The notes below the pieces were generated by a model, which had not been told where the DNA came from, searched no databases, and was given only the letters and a program-made list of their open reading frames with translations. DNA of 63,297 bases, counting the filler, from Thraustochytrium aureum (Eukaryota): assembly GCA_012862495.1 (NCBI GenBank). It is 5 parts of 2 records of this genome, joined end to end, with 100 filler letters (N's around TTAATTAATTAA, not from the genome) between each part and the next. Parts side by side here need not be neighbours in the genome. Positions count along the whole stretch, not along the records: positions 1 to 21,139 come from BLSG01000377.1; 4 more parts are not named here. One strand, given 5' to 3'. Within the stretch, counting starts at the first letter, position 1, and each line of letters opens with the position of its first letter. A program made the position numbers and the translations under genes. Shown in pieces: positions 9,950-21,239 of the stretch.

Positions 9950-10377
9950 GGACCGCTCGCGCGAGCTCCGCGAGCCTCCTCAGGACTGCCCCGCCGGGTT
10001 TAAAACGAGCAGGCCAGCACCCGGGACAGCCGGAGCTTCCTGTTGCCTGCGCTGTCGTCCTGCGCGCGGCCGCTCTCGTCGACCGCGAGGGATGGGCAGC
10101 TGCTGGCCCACAGGAGCGATGTTNNNNNNNNNNNNNNNNNNNNNNNNNNNNNNNNNNNNNNNNNNNNNNNNNNNNNNNNNNNNNNNNNNNNNNNNNNNNN
10201 NNNNNNNNNNNNNNNNNNNNNNNNNNNNNNNNNNNNNNNNNNNNNNNNNNNNNNNNNNNNNNNNNNNNNNNNNNNNNNNNNNNNNNNNNNNNNNNNNNNN
10301 NNNNNNNNNNNNNNNNNNNNNNNNNNNNNNTGAACTGGCGAGCCGAAGGCCAGGGCTGCGGGCGGCGCGCCGAAGTC

Positions 10378-12137
10378 ATGGAGGCGCCACACTTGCACAT
10401 GGAAGCCGAGAGGGCTGCTCGTGAAGCCCGAGGCAGCCGGGAGGCCGGCAACGCACTGATGCGCGCGGGCGATCATGCAGCCGCAGCCGCGGCGTACGAC
10501 GCTGCCTGCGCAACGCTGCGGCAAGGGGACGTCTTGCATCGTTTTCGTGCAGACCTTGTTCTCGCCCTCTGCAACCGCGCCCAAGCTCGGCTCGAACTCG
10601 GTCAGCCCTCCGACGCTGTCAAGGACTGCGACGCCGCTTTAGCCGAGGCTGATGCGGGCGGGCTGTCGGTCCCGTGGAAGGCACTGGCGCGCAAAGCGCG
10701 CGCTCTAGAGCAGCTGCTGGACCACGCCGGCGCGAAGGGGGCCTTGGACCAGCTCGCGCAGCTGCCCAAGGTACCGGCAGGCGTGCTGCTTGCAGCGCGC
10801 AAACGGCGTGACGAGCTCGCCCGCGCGGTCCTGTCCTACAAAGCTCCTTTGCTCTCCGAGATGGGCGGCCGCGAGCTTGTCAGTCATCACCACACCTTGC
10901 GCGTGTACGTGCAAACAACTGGCCTGTCGACGACAGTCCCGGTGGGCGAGTCGCGCTGGTCTGCTGCTTTGCACCTTGGAAACGAATTAGGCCTCTTCAA
11001 GAGCAGCGCCGTGGGCGCGCAGCTCGGCGTCTCGTGCGAAATCCTATCTTGCAGGTCTCGAGGCGACCCGCTTGGCCCCGGCGTCGCCGCCGTCAGGATC
11101 GAGAACGGCTCTGCGTTCTCCAAACACGGCCGCGCCCGCGTCGATCTCACAGCTCGCGTCGCAGATGGCTTGGTGGGAACCCAAATCCAATTCCGATTCA
11201 GCGCCACTGGCCCCTCCTCGGTCCCGGTGGTTCCCGTGCTGACCCTTCCTGCACTGGTCGTTGCCACACCACCCACCTCGGCCTCGACGCTGCCCCAAGC
11301 CGACCAAGCGGCAACGCTAGAGAGTCTGTTGGACCTCCACAGCCGGTTTTCGTGCTGCCGCGAGCTCGAGCCGGACAGCGGACTGCGGATTCTGGCCTTG
11401 GAGTCAGCGGCACAGCTCGGCATCGCCGGCAAGGTTTGGGACGGCGGCACTGTCTTGTTGCACTTTCTTGCTCGCGGGACGTCGCTTGCGGGCCTAGTTC
11501 GAGGGCGCACCTCCTCGAGCTTGGCGCCGGAACCGGCGCGCTTGGTGTTGGCCTCGCCAAGCTCGGCGCGAGCCGCGTTCTCGTGAGTGACTTGCCCGCC
11601 GTTGTGCCGCACATTCAAGAGAACATCAAGCTCAACGGGGTGGGTCACGCGGCCCGAGCGGTGCCGGTGGACTGGACCACAATGGGCCGCGCGGAGGCCG
11701 AGAAACTCGGCGAGATCGACCTCGTTGTGTTTGCGGACTGCGTCTACGACAGCGCCTTGTTCGAGCCGCTCCTCAGCACCTTGTCGGCGCTTGCAGAGTC
11801 TCAAAAGCAGAGCGGCGCCCTCCAGGTCGTGTGGGCGCACAGACAGACGGAAGACCACGAGTTCTTCTCGGCCTTCGCCAAGCGCTTCGCAACAAAGCTC
11901 CTCTTCGGCCCAGGTCCTCGATTTAGAGCCCCTGAGGAACTGCGCGCGGAGCTCCGGCTTGGCGAGCTTGAGCGAGCGTTTGCTGTCGCAGACAGTGAAC
12001 TTTCGGCGCAGCGCACGTGGGACGAGGCAGCACCGCACCGTGCGTCAGACGTGTCGGTCTACAGCTCTGTCTGGAAGCCCTGCGAGCCAAGCAGGAGGGA
12101 CTCGCCCGCGGCCTCGCCGCAAGCTTGGAGCGGGTAG
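10378..12137 (+). CDS. TPR-domain plus lysine methyltransferase (family 16, METTL21-like); one-base indel near 11505
   Basis: TPRs: REAGNALMRAGDHAAAAAAY, LCNRAQARLELG..AVKDCDAAL, WKALARKARALEQL. MTase: IAGKVWDGGTVL, then in the shifted frame LLELGAGTG (motif I), VLVSDL, VPVDW and DLVVFADCVY (DxxY). Confidence 0.8.
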
Positions 12138-12314
12138 GTACAGCACTTTTTTACAGCCTGTTAAGATCGAGTCGCGAGGCAAAGCACTTTCGACAGCATT
12201 GCGTTTTGCAAGTGTGTTAGGGTACTAGCGAGAAGTGAACCATGCTCCGCGCGGCGGCGCACGCGCCGCTGCTGTGGGGAAGATCCATGCAGATTCCCGC
12301 ATGTCCTGGGCGAC

Positions 12315-14450
12315 TCAGAGGCGGGCAACATGGCTGAGCTTGTTGCGGTTGAGCATAAAGCCCAAGTCCTCGAGCGTCTTCGCGCCAACGACCTTGAGTA
12401 GAGCCCGGAGCCCCATCGCCTTAACCTCCCACCGCAGGCGAGAAAGCATGCGCGAGGCCCACGACGGGGTCGCCCGGTTCGCAAAAGTACCGGGATTGCG
12501 CACGAGTCGGCCCGGCAGGGCGCCTGTGGGCTTGTCGTTCTCATGGGTGATTACGCCAGAGCAGATGGTCATCCGGTACCCAGTGGCACGCTGCACCCAG
12601 CGCGGCGCCGCCTTCGGGAGGTCTCGCACGATGTACGGCGCGTGAATGCGAAGGCTCCCGAGGTCGATGATGTTGATGTCTGCTTTTTTGCCGGGGAGCA
12701 GCTCGCCGCGGTCAGTGAGGCCAAAGGTGTGGGCAGTGTCGCGGGTGTGCATCTTGACGGCGAGCTCGAGCGGGAGCCGCGGCCCTGTGGCACGATCTCG
12801 AACGTAGTGGGTGAGGAGGTAGCTGTGCGCGGTCAGGTCGCACAGGAAGCCGAGATGCGCCCCGGCGTCGCCGAGACCGGGAATCGTCGCCTCGTGCGTG
12901 AGCATCTCGAAGGTGTCGTCCAAGTTGGACTTGGAGTAGTTCATGAACAGGAACGAAACGACGCGCATGCCCTCCTCTTCGCAGAGCCAATCGTAGACAA
13001 CCTCGAGGGGGTCGCATCCGCGGCGGCGAGCCTCTGCTAGCGCACCGGTTGCTTCACTAGGCTCGTACGTAGGCTCCCAGCGGTGTACCCACCTGGCGCC
13101 ATCCGAGATCATCTTGGCAAGCGCCCCGACGCCTGTGACAGAGCCGTTCAGGTTGCCAGCGCCCCCATCGTCGGCGTCCTCCCCGGCGGCGGCAGAGTCT
13201 TCATCCTCGGTGCTCGTCGGCAGAGCGATCCCCATGTGCGCCGCTGAGCCCTCGCTTGACTCGGCCATGGCAGCCGCCGCGTCCACCAGAGCCCGAGCCT
13301 CGGCGACGATGCGCGCTTTCAGTCCAGCGTCCTCCCTCAGCGCGGCCTTGTCGAGAGGCACGCCGGCTCGCACGCAGGCGCGGCGCAGCTTTGCAAAGCT
13401 TGGGCAGTCCAGGAACGGGTGCGACTTTGAATCCCAGCACATAATTATGCCTTGCGGGCGCACAAAGACCTGGACCGTCATGTCACACCCGTCGCTTCGC
13501 GCCTGCTCGACCTCCTTGAGCATGTGGCGGAACCCGTTTTGCGCGGCGCCGTCCTGTGACGGGATCCCCATGCAAAAGGTGAGCGGGACCTGGTGTGTCT
13601 TGGTGACCTCGTGCATCCAGAGCCATTCTTGTTGAAAGTGCGCGAGGCGAGCCGCGTGGTTGGCGTCGTTCATGGGCGCGTCGTCGATACTCATAAAGTC
13701 GGAGGCCATCTCAAAGACGCCGCCGCCGCCCTCGCGCACAGCCTTGCCGAGCGCGAGCATCTCGTCCGGGCTGGCCAGCGTGCCGGCGAGCAGCGCCCCG
13801 GTCGAGTCGCGGTGCAGCAGCGTTCGAGACGAGGAGAAACCGAGAGCGCCGCTCTTGACAGCGTCCTTGACGACGGCGGCCATTCGCTCGATCTCGCCCG
13901 CGGTGACAGGGTCGTTGATGGGGCCGCCCGGGAGGTCGCTCACGTTGGCGCGCTCGCCCAGCACGTAGGCGCGAACGGCGCCGTGGCTGACGAGCGCGGC
14001 TACGTCGCAGCCAAAGCTCTGGCCCTCGAGAAAGTCCATAAACTCGCCAAAGGTCTCCCACTGCCAGTTGATGCCCGCTTCCAGCGAGCCGAGCGGGATG
14101 TCCTCGACGCCCTCCATGCACTTTAGCAGAAAGTCGCGCTGCTCCTTCCTGCAGGGCGCGAACCCCACGCCGCAGTTGCCCGAGACGACCGTCGTGACGC
14201 CGTTCGAGGTGAGCGGCTCGAGCGTGCTGTCCCAGGACATTTGCCCGTCGAGGTGGGTGTGGATATCCACCCAGCCTGGCGCGACCACCATGCCCTTCGC
14301 GTCAACGACCTCTGCAGCCTCAATGCCGCGTAGATCAGGCCCAACGTGCGTGATCACGCCGCCAGTGATGGCAACGTCGCCGACGAACGGCTTGCGCCCA
14401 GTGCCGTCCACGACCGTCCCATTTTTCACGAGGAGGTCCACGCCCACCAT
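12315..14450 (-). CDS. N-acyl-D-amino-acid deacylase family amidohydrolase (bacterial-type) with C-terminal PTS1-like ARL
   Basis: DLLVKNGTVVDGTG..VAPGWVDIHTHLDGQ..GVTTVVSGNCGVGFAP..GALGFSSSR..GLGDAGAH..DRGELLPGKKADINIID..TGALPGRLVR; ends HVARL. Confidence 0.9.
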   Translation of the reverse strand: MVGVDLLVKNGTVVDGTGRKPFVGDVAITGGVITHVGPDLRGIEAAEVVDAKGMVVAPGWVDIHTHLDGQMSWDSTLEPLTSNGVTTVVSGNCGVGFAPCRKEQRDFLLKCMEGVEDIPLGSLEAGINWQWETFGEFMDFLEGQSFGCDVAALVSHGAVRAYVLGERANVSDLPGGPINDPVTAGEIERMAAVVKDAVKSGALGFSSSRTLLHRDSTGALLAGTLASPDEMLALGKAVREGGGGVFEMASDFMSIDDAPMNDANHAARLAHFQQEWLWMHEVTKTHQVPLTFCMGIPSQDGAAQNGFRHMLKEVEQARSDGCDMTVQVFVRPQGIIMCWDSKSHPFLDCPSFAKLRRACVRAGVPLDKAALREDAGLKARIVAEARALVDAAAAMAESSEGSAAHMGIALPTSTEDEDSAAAGEDADDGGAGNLNGSVTGVGALAKMISDGARWVHRWEPTYEPSEATGALAEARRRGCDPLEVVYDWLCEEEGMRVVSFLFMNYSKSNLDDTFEMLTHEATIPGLGDAGAHLGFLCDLTAHSYLLTHYVRDRATGPRLPLELAVKMHTRDTAHTFGLTDRGELLPGKKADINIIDLGSLRIHAPYIVRDLPKAAPRWVQRATGYRMTICSGVITHENDKPTGALPGRLVRNPGTFANRATPSWASRMLSRLRWEVKAMGLRALLKVVGAKTLEDLGFMLNRNKLSHVARL

Positions 14451-15206
14451 GACGCAGTCGAGGTTGGGCCTCGCGGGCGCCGAAGATCGCTTCGCTTCCT
14501 TCCCTGCTGGGCTCCCGGGGCGCGCTGCCGCCACAGTCCTGGCCAAAGTCCTGGCCAAAGTCGGTCCGCGAAGATGCAGTTCGGGGTCTGCTCGAGCGGG
14601 ACAGGATACCTACGTGAGCCTGATCGAGTGAGGACATGTCTTGCTCTTGTTGAAAGGTGGCAAGACAGGACAAACAAATCAAGCGAACAAGCGTTGGCGA
14701 CGACCGCGCCATCCGCCACGATGCGGAGCGGCCGCGGCCAGCGACCGGCCGCAAGCCGAGACCGGGCCGCGAGCAGCGTGGCGCGAGCATCGGGGCAGNN
14801 NNNNNNNNNNNNNNNNNNNNNNNNNNNNNNNNNNNNNNNNNNNNNNNNNNNNNNNNNNNNNNNNNNNNNNNNNNNNNNNNNNNNNNNNNNNNNNNNNNNN
14901 NNNNNNNNNNNNNNNNNNNNNNNNNNNNNNNNNNNNNNNNNNNNNNNNNNNNNNNNNNNNNNNNNNNNNNNNNNNNNNNNNNNNNNNNNNNNNNNNNNNN
15001 NNNNNNNNNNNNNNNNNNNNNNNNNNNNNNNNNNNNNNNNNNNNNNNNNNNNNNNNNNNNNNNNNNNNNNNNNNNNNNNNNNNNNNNNNNNNNNNNNNNN
15101 NNNNNNNNNNNNNNNNNNNNNNNNNNNNNNNNNNNNNNNNNNNNNNNNNNNNNNNNNNNNNNNNNNNNNNNNNCGCGCGACGCGGTGAGGCCGGTCGCGA
15201 GGCGGG

Positions 15207-16760
15207 ATGGACGCGGCGCTGTCCGGGACGGGCCAAGGTGAAGCTGACGCAGCCCTCCAGAATGTGCCGCTGCTGGAGGCCGCCGAGCACGAGGACGACG
15301 CGGCAGTGGAGCATTTCGGGGACGTTGGTGGCGGCAAGGCCTCGGTCTCGGACGAGCTGCGAAGCATTGTCGTGCTGGCGGTTGGTATTGTGCTGGCGCG
15401 CGGGTCATGGGTGGTGATCAAGTCAACCGACTCGGCGCTGCTCGGGCACGTGAGCGTGCATGCGCTCGCTGCGAGCGCCGTGTCGGACCTGTGGACGCAG
15501 TCGACGGGCGTTTTCGCGATGGGCGGCGTCTTGGGTGTCTTTGTCGGGCAAGCCGTGGGTGCCGGCAACAATCGGCTGGCGGCCATCTGGCTGCAGGTGA
15601 GCCTCGTGGTGGTGATGGCGATCACGGTGCCCGTGATGGTTTCCTGGTTTTTGACCAAGCCAGTGCTGGGCGCCTTCCACACGGACCCCGACCTTGTCGA
15701 CGACGCGGGGTACTTTGCCAAGGTGCTCGCGCTGTGCCTTCCCGCGAAGACAGTCTTCATGCAGGTCAGCCAGTTCCTGAGCGCGCACTCGATGGTCAAG
15801 CCAGAGGCGCAAATGTCTGTATTCGCCGCCGTTTTCAACCTTGTGGTTGGCCTGGTCCTCGTCCTCGGCGTCCCGTTCAAGAACTGGAACGGGCTTGGGT
15901 TTGCGGCCTGCCCCTGGGTCACAACCCTGACGGAATACGCGCAGGACATCCTGTTTTGGTTTGTGTACGGGTACTGCCAGCAGCTTCACGTCAAGCTCGG
16001 GTGGCCAGGCTGGCTTTGGCACGAGATCACCGCAAACCGCATGCGCGAGTTCCTGCGGCTCTACATCCCGGCCGCGCTGTCGTCCGCTTCCGACTTTTGG
16101 CGGATGGCGGTGATCGGCGTCTTTGCAGCGCAACTAGGTAGCGAGGACCTCGCCGTCTTTAACGCTTCGTACCGCATCCTGTGGATCTCGCTCACTGTGG
16201 TGGGCTCGATGGCCTTCAGCGTGCGCATCCGGCTGAGCACGTGGATCGGCGCCGGTGACGAGGCCTCGTCCAGGTTTACCATCCGCGTTGGCACAGCGGC
16301 CACCTCGGTCATGCTCATGGTTGTTGCGGCCAACGTTTTTGCGTTCACGCGCGGGTTTGCCACTATCTTCTCTGACGACGACAAAATCATCGACGGGTTT
16401 ACGGGCGCGCGAGGCCCGTTCTGTCTGACGCTGGTGTTTATGAATCTGGCCGTGTTCTTAGAGCAGATTCCAAACGCGATGGGCCGGACGCGCGCTGTCT
16501 TTTTCGTCGGCGTGATCGGCTCGTGGGTGGGCCAGGTCCCGCTCTCCTACGTGGCTATCCACTACTGGCGTGACGACCTGTACGGCCTGTACATGGGCGT
16601 GGCCGGCGGCTACGCCTTGGTTTGCGCGCTGCTCTGGGCGGTCATTCTCAGTACCGACTTTGGCGCTGTGATCCTCGAAGCACGAGCCCGTAGCGAGGTT
16701 CAAGACCTTGACGGGGAGGCTGGCGCGGAGCAGGAAGCGGCAGCGGTCGCGGTGGCGTGA
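15207..16760 (+). CDS. MATE family multidrug/toxic compound extrusion transporter
   Basis: About 12 hydrophobic segments. Motifs DSALLGHVSVHALAA, GQAVGAGN, GLGFAACPWVT, IPAALSSASDFW, VRIRLSTWIGAG, IFSDDDKII and GLYMG. Confidence 0.9.
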   Translation: MDAALSGTGQGEADAALQNVPLLEAAEHEDDAAVEHFGDVGGGKASVSDELRSIVVLAVGIVLARGSWVVIKSTDSALLGHVSVHALAASAVSDLWTQSTGVFAMGGVLGVFVGQAVGAGNNRLAAIWLQVSLVVVMAITVPVMVSWFLTKPVLGAFHTDPDLVDDAGYFAKVLALCLPAKTVFMQVSQFLSAHSMVKPEAQMSVFAAVFNLVVGLVLVLGVPFKNWNGLGFAACPWVTTLTEYAQDILFWFVYGYCQQLHVKLGWPGWLWHEITANRMREFLRLYIPAALSSASDFWRMAVIGVFAAQLGSEDLAVFNASYRILWISLTVVGSMAFSVRIRLSTWIGAGDEASSRFTIRVGTAATSVMLMVVAANVFAFTRGFATIFSDDDKIIDGFTGARGPFCLTLVFMNLAVFLEQIPNAMGRTRAVFFVGVIGSWVGQVPLSYVAIHYWRDDLYGLYMGVAGGYALVCALLWAVILSTDFGAVILEARARSEVQDLDGEAGAEQEAAAVAVA

Positions 16761-17051
16761 CGGGCGCAGAGCAGGAAGCGGGAACCAGTGGCGTGGCCAG
16801 GCCCGGTTGAAACGCCAAGTTGCGCAGCAGAAGAGTCTTTGTTTTTGTTTGTTTGTTTGTTTGATTAGAAGCAACGCCGTTGAGCTACATGAGAGAGGGA
16901 GGGCAGAGCTGCTTTCTGCGCTTGAGCAAGAGCTCTAGCTAGAGAGCTACAGCGCTAGAAGGAGGCGTCTGGCCCAGCCTCCAGCCTCCTGCCTCCTCCA
17001 CGCCGCCGAGCGCGGCCCACCGCCGCGCGGGCAAGCGGCCCACGCGCCACT

Positions 17052-17276
17052 TCAACGCTCCTCCTGGGCCCCGGCGACCTCCTCCCCGGCCGCCACGAAC
17101 GCGTTCCACCTCGCGAAGACAGCGGTCTGCTCGTCCATTTTCGCACAGAGCGCCTGCACTTGCGTGGCCTGGCGCGCCACCTCCTCGAACAGCTGCACGG
17201 ACGCCGTGCCGAGCGCCTCGGCTTCCAGCTCGAGCTCCTCCGCCAGCTCGTCTCTGCCGACGGCCTCCTCGGCCAT
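17052..17276 (-). CDS. Small acidic coiled-coil hypothetical protein (possible DASH/Dam1-complex-type subunit)
   Basis: 74-aa helical ORF MAEEAVGRDELAEELELEAEAL..QVQALCAKMDEQTAVFARWNAFV with coding-like codon usage. It lies next to a gap, so it may be the tail of a longer gene. Confidence 0.4.
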   Translation of the reverse strand: MAEEAVGRDELAEELELEAEALGTASVQLFEEVARQATQVQALCAKMDEQTAVFARWNAFVAAGEEVAGAQEER

Positions 17277-17984
17277 CCTCGCGAGCGCCAATGTGGTCGT
17301 AGGTCTGCAGCGTTGCCGGACGCGGAGNNNNNNNNNNNNNNNNNNNNNNNNNNNNNNNNNNNNNNNNNNNNNNNNNNNNNNNNNNNNNNNNNNNNNNNNN
17401 NNNNNNNNNNNNNNNNNNNNNNNNNNNNNNNNNNNNNNNNNNNNNNNNNNNNNNNNNNNNNNNNNNNNNNNNNNNNNNNNNNNNNNNNNNNNNNNNNNNN
17501 NNNNNNNNNNNNNNNNNNNNNNNNNNNNNNNNNNNNNNNNNNNNNNNNNNNNNNNNNNNNNNNNNNNNNNNNNNNNNNNNNNNNNNNNNNNNNNNNNNNN
17601 NNNNNNNNNNNNNNNNNNNNNNNNNNNNNNNNNNNNNNNNNNNNNNNNNNNNNNNNNNNNNNNNNNNNNNNNNNNNNNNNNNNNNNNNNNNNNNNNNNNN
17701 NNNNNNNNNNNNNNNNNNNNNNNNNNNNNNNNNNNNNNNNNNNNNNNNNNNNNNNNNNNNNNNNNNNNNNNNNNNNNNNNNNNNNNNNNNNNNNNNNNNN
17801 NNNNNNNNNNNNNNNNNNNNNNNNNNNNNNNNNNNNNNNNNNNNNNNNNNNNNNNNNNNNNNNNNNNNNNNNNNNNNNNNNNNNNNNNNNNNNNNNNNNN
17901 NNNNNNNNNNNNNNNNNNNNNNNNNNNNNNNNNNNNNNNNNNNNNNNNNNNNNNNNNNNNNNNNNNNNNNNNNNNNNNNNNNNN

Positions 17985-20900
17985 TGGTACTGCGCGTACA
18001 TGGCAGCGGCGTCATACTGCGGAGGCAGCGGCGGCGTGCCGTGGCGGTGCCCATAAAACGCCCTTGGGTCCACGGCGCCAGCAGCCCTACTGCTGCTCGG
18101 CCCACTTTGGCTACTGCTGCGATGCTTTTGGCGAGGCGGAAGGTGGGCGGGGCCTGGCATATGCATGGCGCCGGGCTGAACCGGGGACGGCGGCGGGAAG
18201 CCGAAAGGCATGCCGTGGTACGAACCGACAGGCGACACGAGGTGCATAGGAAAGGGCATCATCGGAGACATGAAAGGCATCATGTAGCCGCCCTGGGCGG
18301 CGACGCCGTAGGCGGGCTGGCCGGGGAAGGCCGGGGGCATCCCGCCGACCACGGGCGAGACTGGCGGGTGGTGAAAGCCGCCCTGTTGCTCTTGCTGCTG
18401 CTGTTGCTGCTGCTCGTGCGGCGCGCGCCCGTTGCCGGCGCCTTCCGCGGCGCTTCGTGGCATCCCCATGTCGTCCATCGCCAGGAGCTTGCCAAGAGAC
18501 GCCGGGTGCAGCATGATCTGGTCGCGCAAGCCCCCGAACTTGTGCTGCACGAGCATCATCTGAAACGAGCTCGACCCGAGCGAATTGGCCGACATCACCG
18601 GGTCCTGGATGCATAGCGCGGCAGGCTGCGACGGGATGAAGAGCTTGCCGCGGTCGTGAAGAGCGATGCCGACTTGCGAGAGGTCGATGCCCCCCATTGA
18701 TGGCGACGAGTACAGCTGCAGAAACCCAGACAGTAAGAGCCCCACATCAAACCGACCCGTCGAGCCTCCGTTCTTGTACTCGACGAGCCATGCTCGAGCT
18801 TCCTGCGTCGCCTCGTCGATGGCGCGCGCCGCTCGCTCGATCTTTTCGCGGTCCCCTTCTGTGAGGGCCTCGAGGTCCTCCTGCGAAATGACCGCTGGGA
18901 CGTTTTCCGGGTCCACAATGGGAAGCCGCAGCCGTGCGCGGGCCTGGTCTTGCGCCTGTGCAAAGGCGGCCAAGCTTGGAAGCGCATCGGGCCGAGTCGG
19001 GCTTGTGCTCGCGTCAGTTCTGATCGCCTCGGACTTGTCCTCGTCCAGGGCCTGCGCTCGGCGGGCAGCGCCCCGGTCTGCGCTCTGCGCAGCTGGGAGG
19101 CCGGTTTCGAAAGCAGCCCCTGCTGGCGATGACGATTGCAGTCGAGGAGGGGGCGATTGCGGCGCCGCACAGGGCTGTCTCACAGGAGAGGTTGGGGGCG
19201 AGGGGAATGCCCCCATCGCGCTCGCCATGGTCGGCACCGACTGGGACCTGATGGAGCGAGGGCCTTCGGGCTGTTGCTGCGCTTGGCCTGGCTCGTTGCC
19301 GTGCTGCTCGTGCGCCTGCCCGGCTGCTAGGTGCTCGGGGCTTTGCAGCGCTGTCCTCGAGAGCGGCGAGGTGGCCGTGGTCGTGAGCTGAGGGCCTCTG
19401 GCGGCCCACTGCCCAGGAGCGGGCCTGCTCGAGTTGCCGATCGTGAAGCCGCAACGGAGCAGAAAAAACGCAACAAGGGCGGTGAGCGAGTATGAGCCCA
19501 GTCCGCCTTTGTATACGTCGTTTAAGTTGTACTCGCGCAAGAGGCGCTTGAGCACGAGGACCAACGGCCGCAGGACGCCCGGGAGGTCCTCTGTGAGCTG
19601 GAGAACGTAGTCGCGGGCCTGGATCCCAAAGTGGTCCCTTGTGCGGAACGAGATGTCGACGGGGATCTCCGGTCCCGGGGCCGGCGCCCCTGGGACCATG
19701 CCGTTCACGGCGACCATTTTGATCACCGGCATCGAGGAGGACCGGATGAGCTTGATGCTCTTGCACCACGGCTGCATCTTGAGCGCGGTGTGCAGTGCGT
19801 AGAGGTAGACCAGCATCTGCTCGCGGTCGATGTCCACCACTTCGACGCTCGGCGGCATCATGTACATGCTGAGCGGCGAGGCGAAGCCTTGGGAGCTCGG
19901 CAGAGCTGGCGGCGGCGGCGTCATAGAGGCCGGTCTTGCGCCCCCATGCGGCAGCGGCAGGGCGCCCTGAGGCCCGGCCTGCGAACTCGCTGCAGTCGCG
20001 GGCTGGCCGGCGTCCGAAGCCAGCCAGCCTCCAGGCTGCTCTGCGGCCCGCTCGTCCGCGTTTTCCCCGGCCTGTTGGTGGCGCGCTGGCCCATGGCCAG
20101 CTGCGCCGGGCGCCACTGCAATCGGCTGGGGGGCGGCACCAGCGGTCTTGCGCCCGGATACCCCGGGTAAGCTTGCGCCGGGAACGCAGCAGACTGCGGG
20201 GCAAGCGGCGCCGGGAAGACCAGGCGCTGGAAGCTAATGAGAAGGTCGAGGTCGCTCTGCCCCGGCAGCCAGAGCCCCGTCGCGAACGATCCGTAAATCT
20301 GGACCGCGGCGCTGCCGTATATACTCGCCACGACCTGCTGCACCCTGCACCAGATCATGTTGGCGTCATTTCCACTGTATTTGGTCAGGTCAAACTCCTG
20401 CTCGTTGATGGGCTTGCTAACGTTCATCGAGCTGTCCACGCAGGCCAGGAACCTGTCGATGGTCTCGTTGATTGATTTCAGATAGGAGACAGCGTTGGAC
20501 TGGTCCTCCTCCAGCACGATCGCGAGCTTGCGGTTCCTCGGTTGCCCTGGGGAGCCTTCCCTTTGCGAGCCCTGGTCCTCGCCCGATCCAGAGCTCGCTG
20601 ACCCGCACGTGTCCGACTCGCCGCCGGACCATGTGCTGCTACTACCACCGTCGCTGGAGGTCTCTGTTTGGTGGGAGGAGAGGCCGCCAGGCTCCATGTC
20701 GACGCAGAGCGCCGTCATGGAGACCCCCGAGTCTAGTCCAGGGGAGGCCGACCCGGTGGAGCTCGCAGAGGAGGGCATGGACGCATCGTCGGCGGACGCC
20801 CATGTCTCGACCGTTAGGTGCTCCTCCGCGGCGTCGTCTTCGAGCGCGGCGTCGCATTGGCCAGGCGCCGACTGCGCGTGCGACGCAGCGCGGCTGCACA

Positions 20901-21139
20901 GCTGCTCCACCTGGTGGCTATTGAGGCGGAGGACGGCGTTGGGGTCGTTTATTTCCTGGTCCGAGTAGCCGGCCGCGCGCAGCACGTCGAAGAACTGCTC
21001 GGCTTGCAGGGGGGCAGAGGGCCGAACGCGGCGAAGCCGGACTTGGGCCGGGCGCTGCGCCTCTAGCGCAGTGCCGGCCCAGGGGGTGGCCTCAATGTTT
21101 CGGCGGCCCTCGGAGGCGGCCTCGAACCCCGCGAGCAGC
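17985..21139 (-). CDS. TRF4/PAPD5-like non-canonical poly(A) polymerase (both ends in gaps; indel near 20130)
   Basis: VQIYGSFATGLWLPGQSDLDLLI (GS..DxD), then MPVIKM..PVDISF..LRPLVLVLKRLLREYNLNDVYKGGLGSYSL..GLLLSGFLQLYS..LCIQDPVMSANSLGSSSF (PAP-associated domain). Confidence 0.85.
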
Positions 21140-21239
21140 NNNNNNNNNNNNNNNNNNNNNNNNNNNNNNNNNNNNNNNNNNNNTTAATTAATTAANNNNN
21201 NNNNNNNNNNNNNNNNNNNNNNNNNNNNNNNNNNNNNNN
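21140..21239. other. Artificial contig linker 44N-TTAATTAATTAA-44N
   Basis: 12-mer with stops in all six frames at 21184-21195, centred in a 100-nt block; same design recurs three more times. Confidence 0.95.

Noticed and set aside
21184..21195. Palindromic TTAATTAATTAA as a piggyBac target site or regulatory element
   Set aside because: Always centred in exactly 44+44 Ns, so it is an assembly linker.
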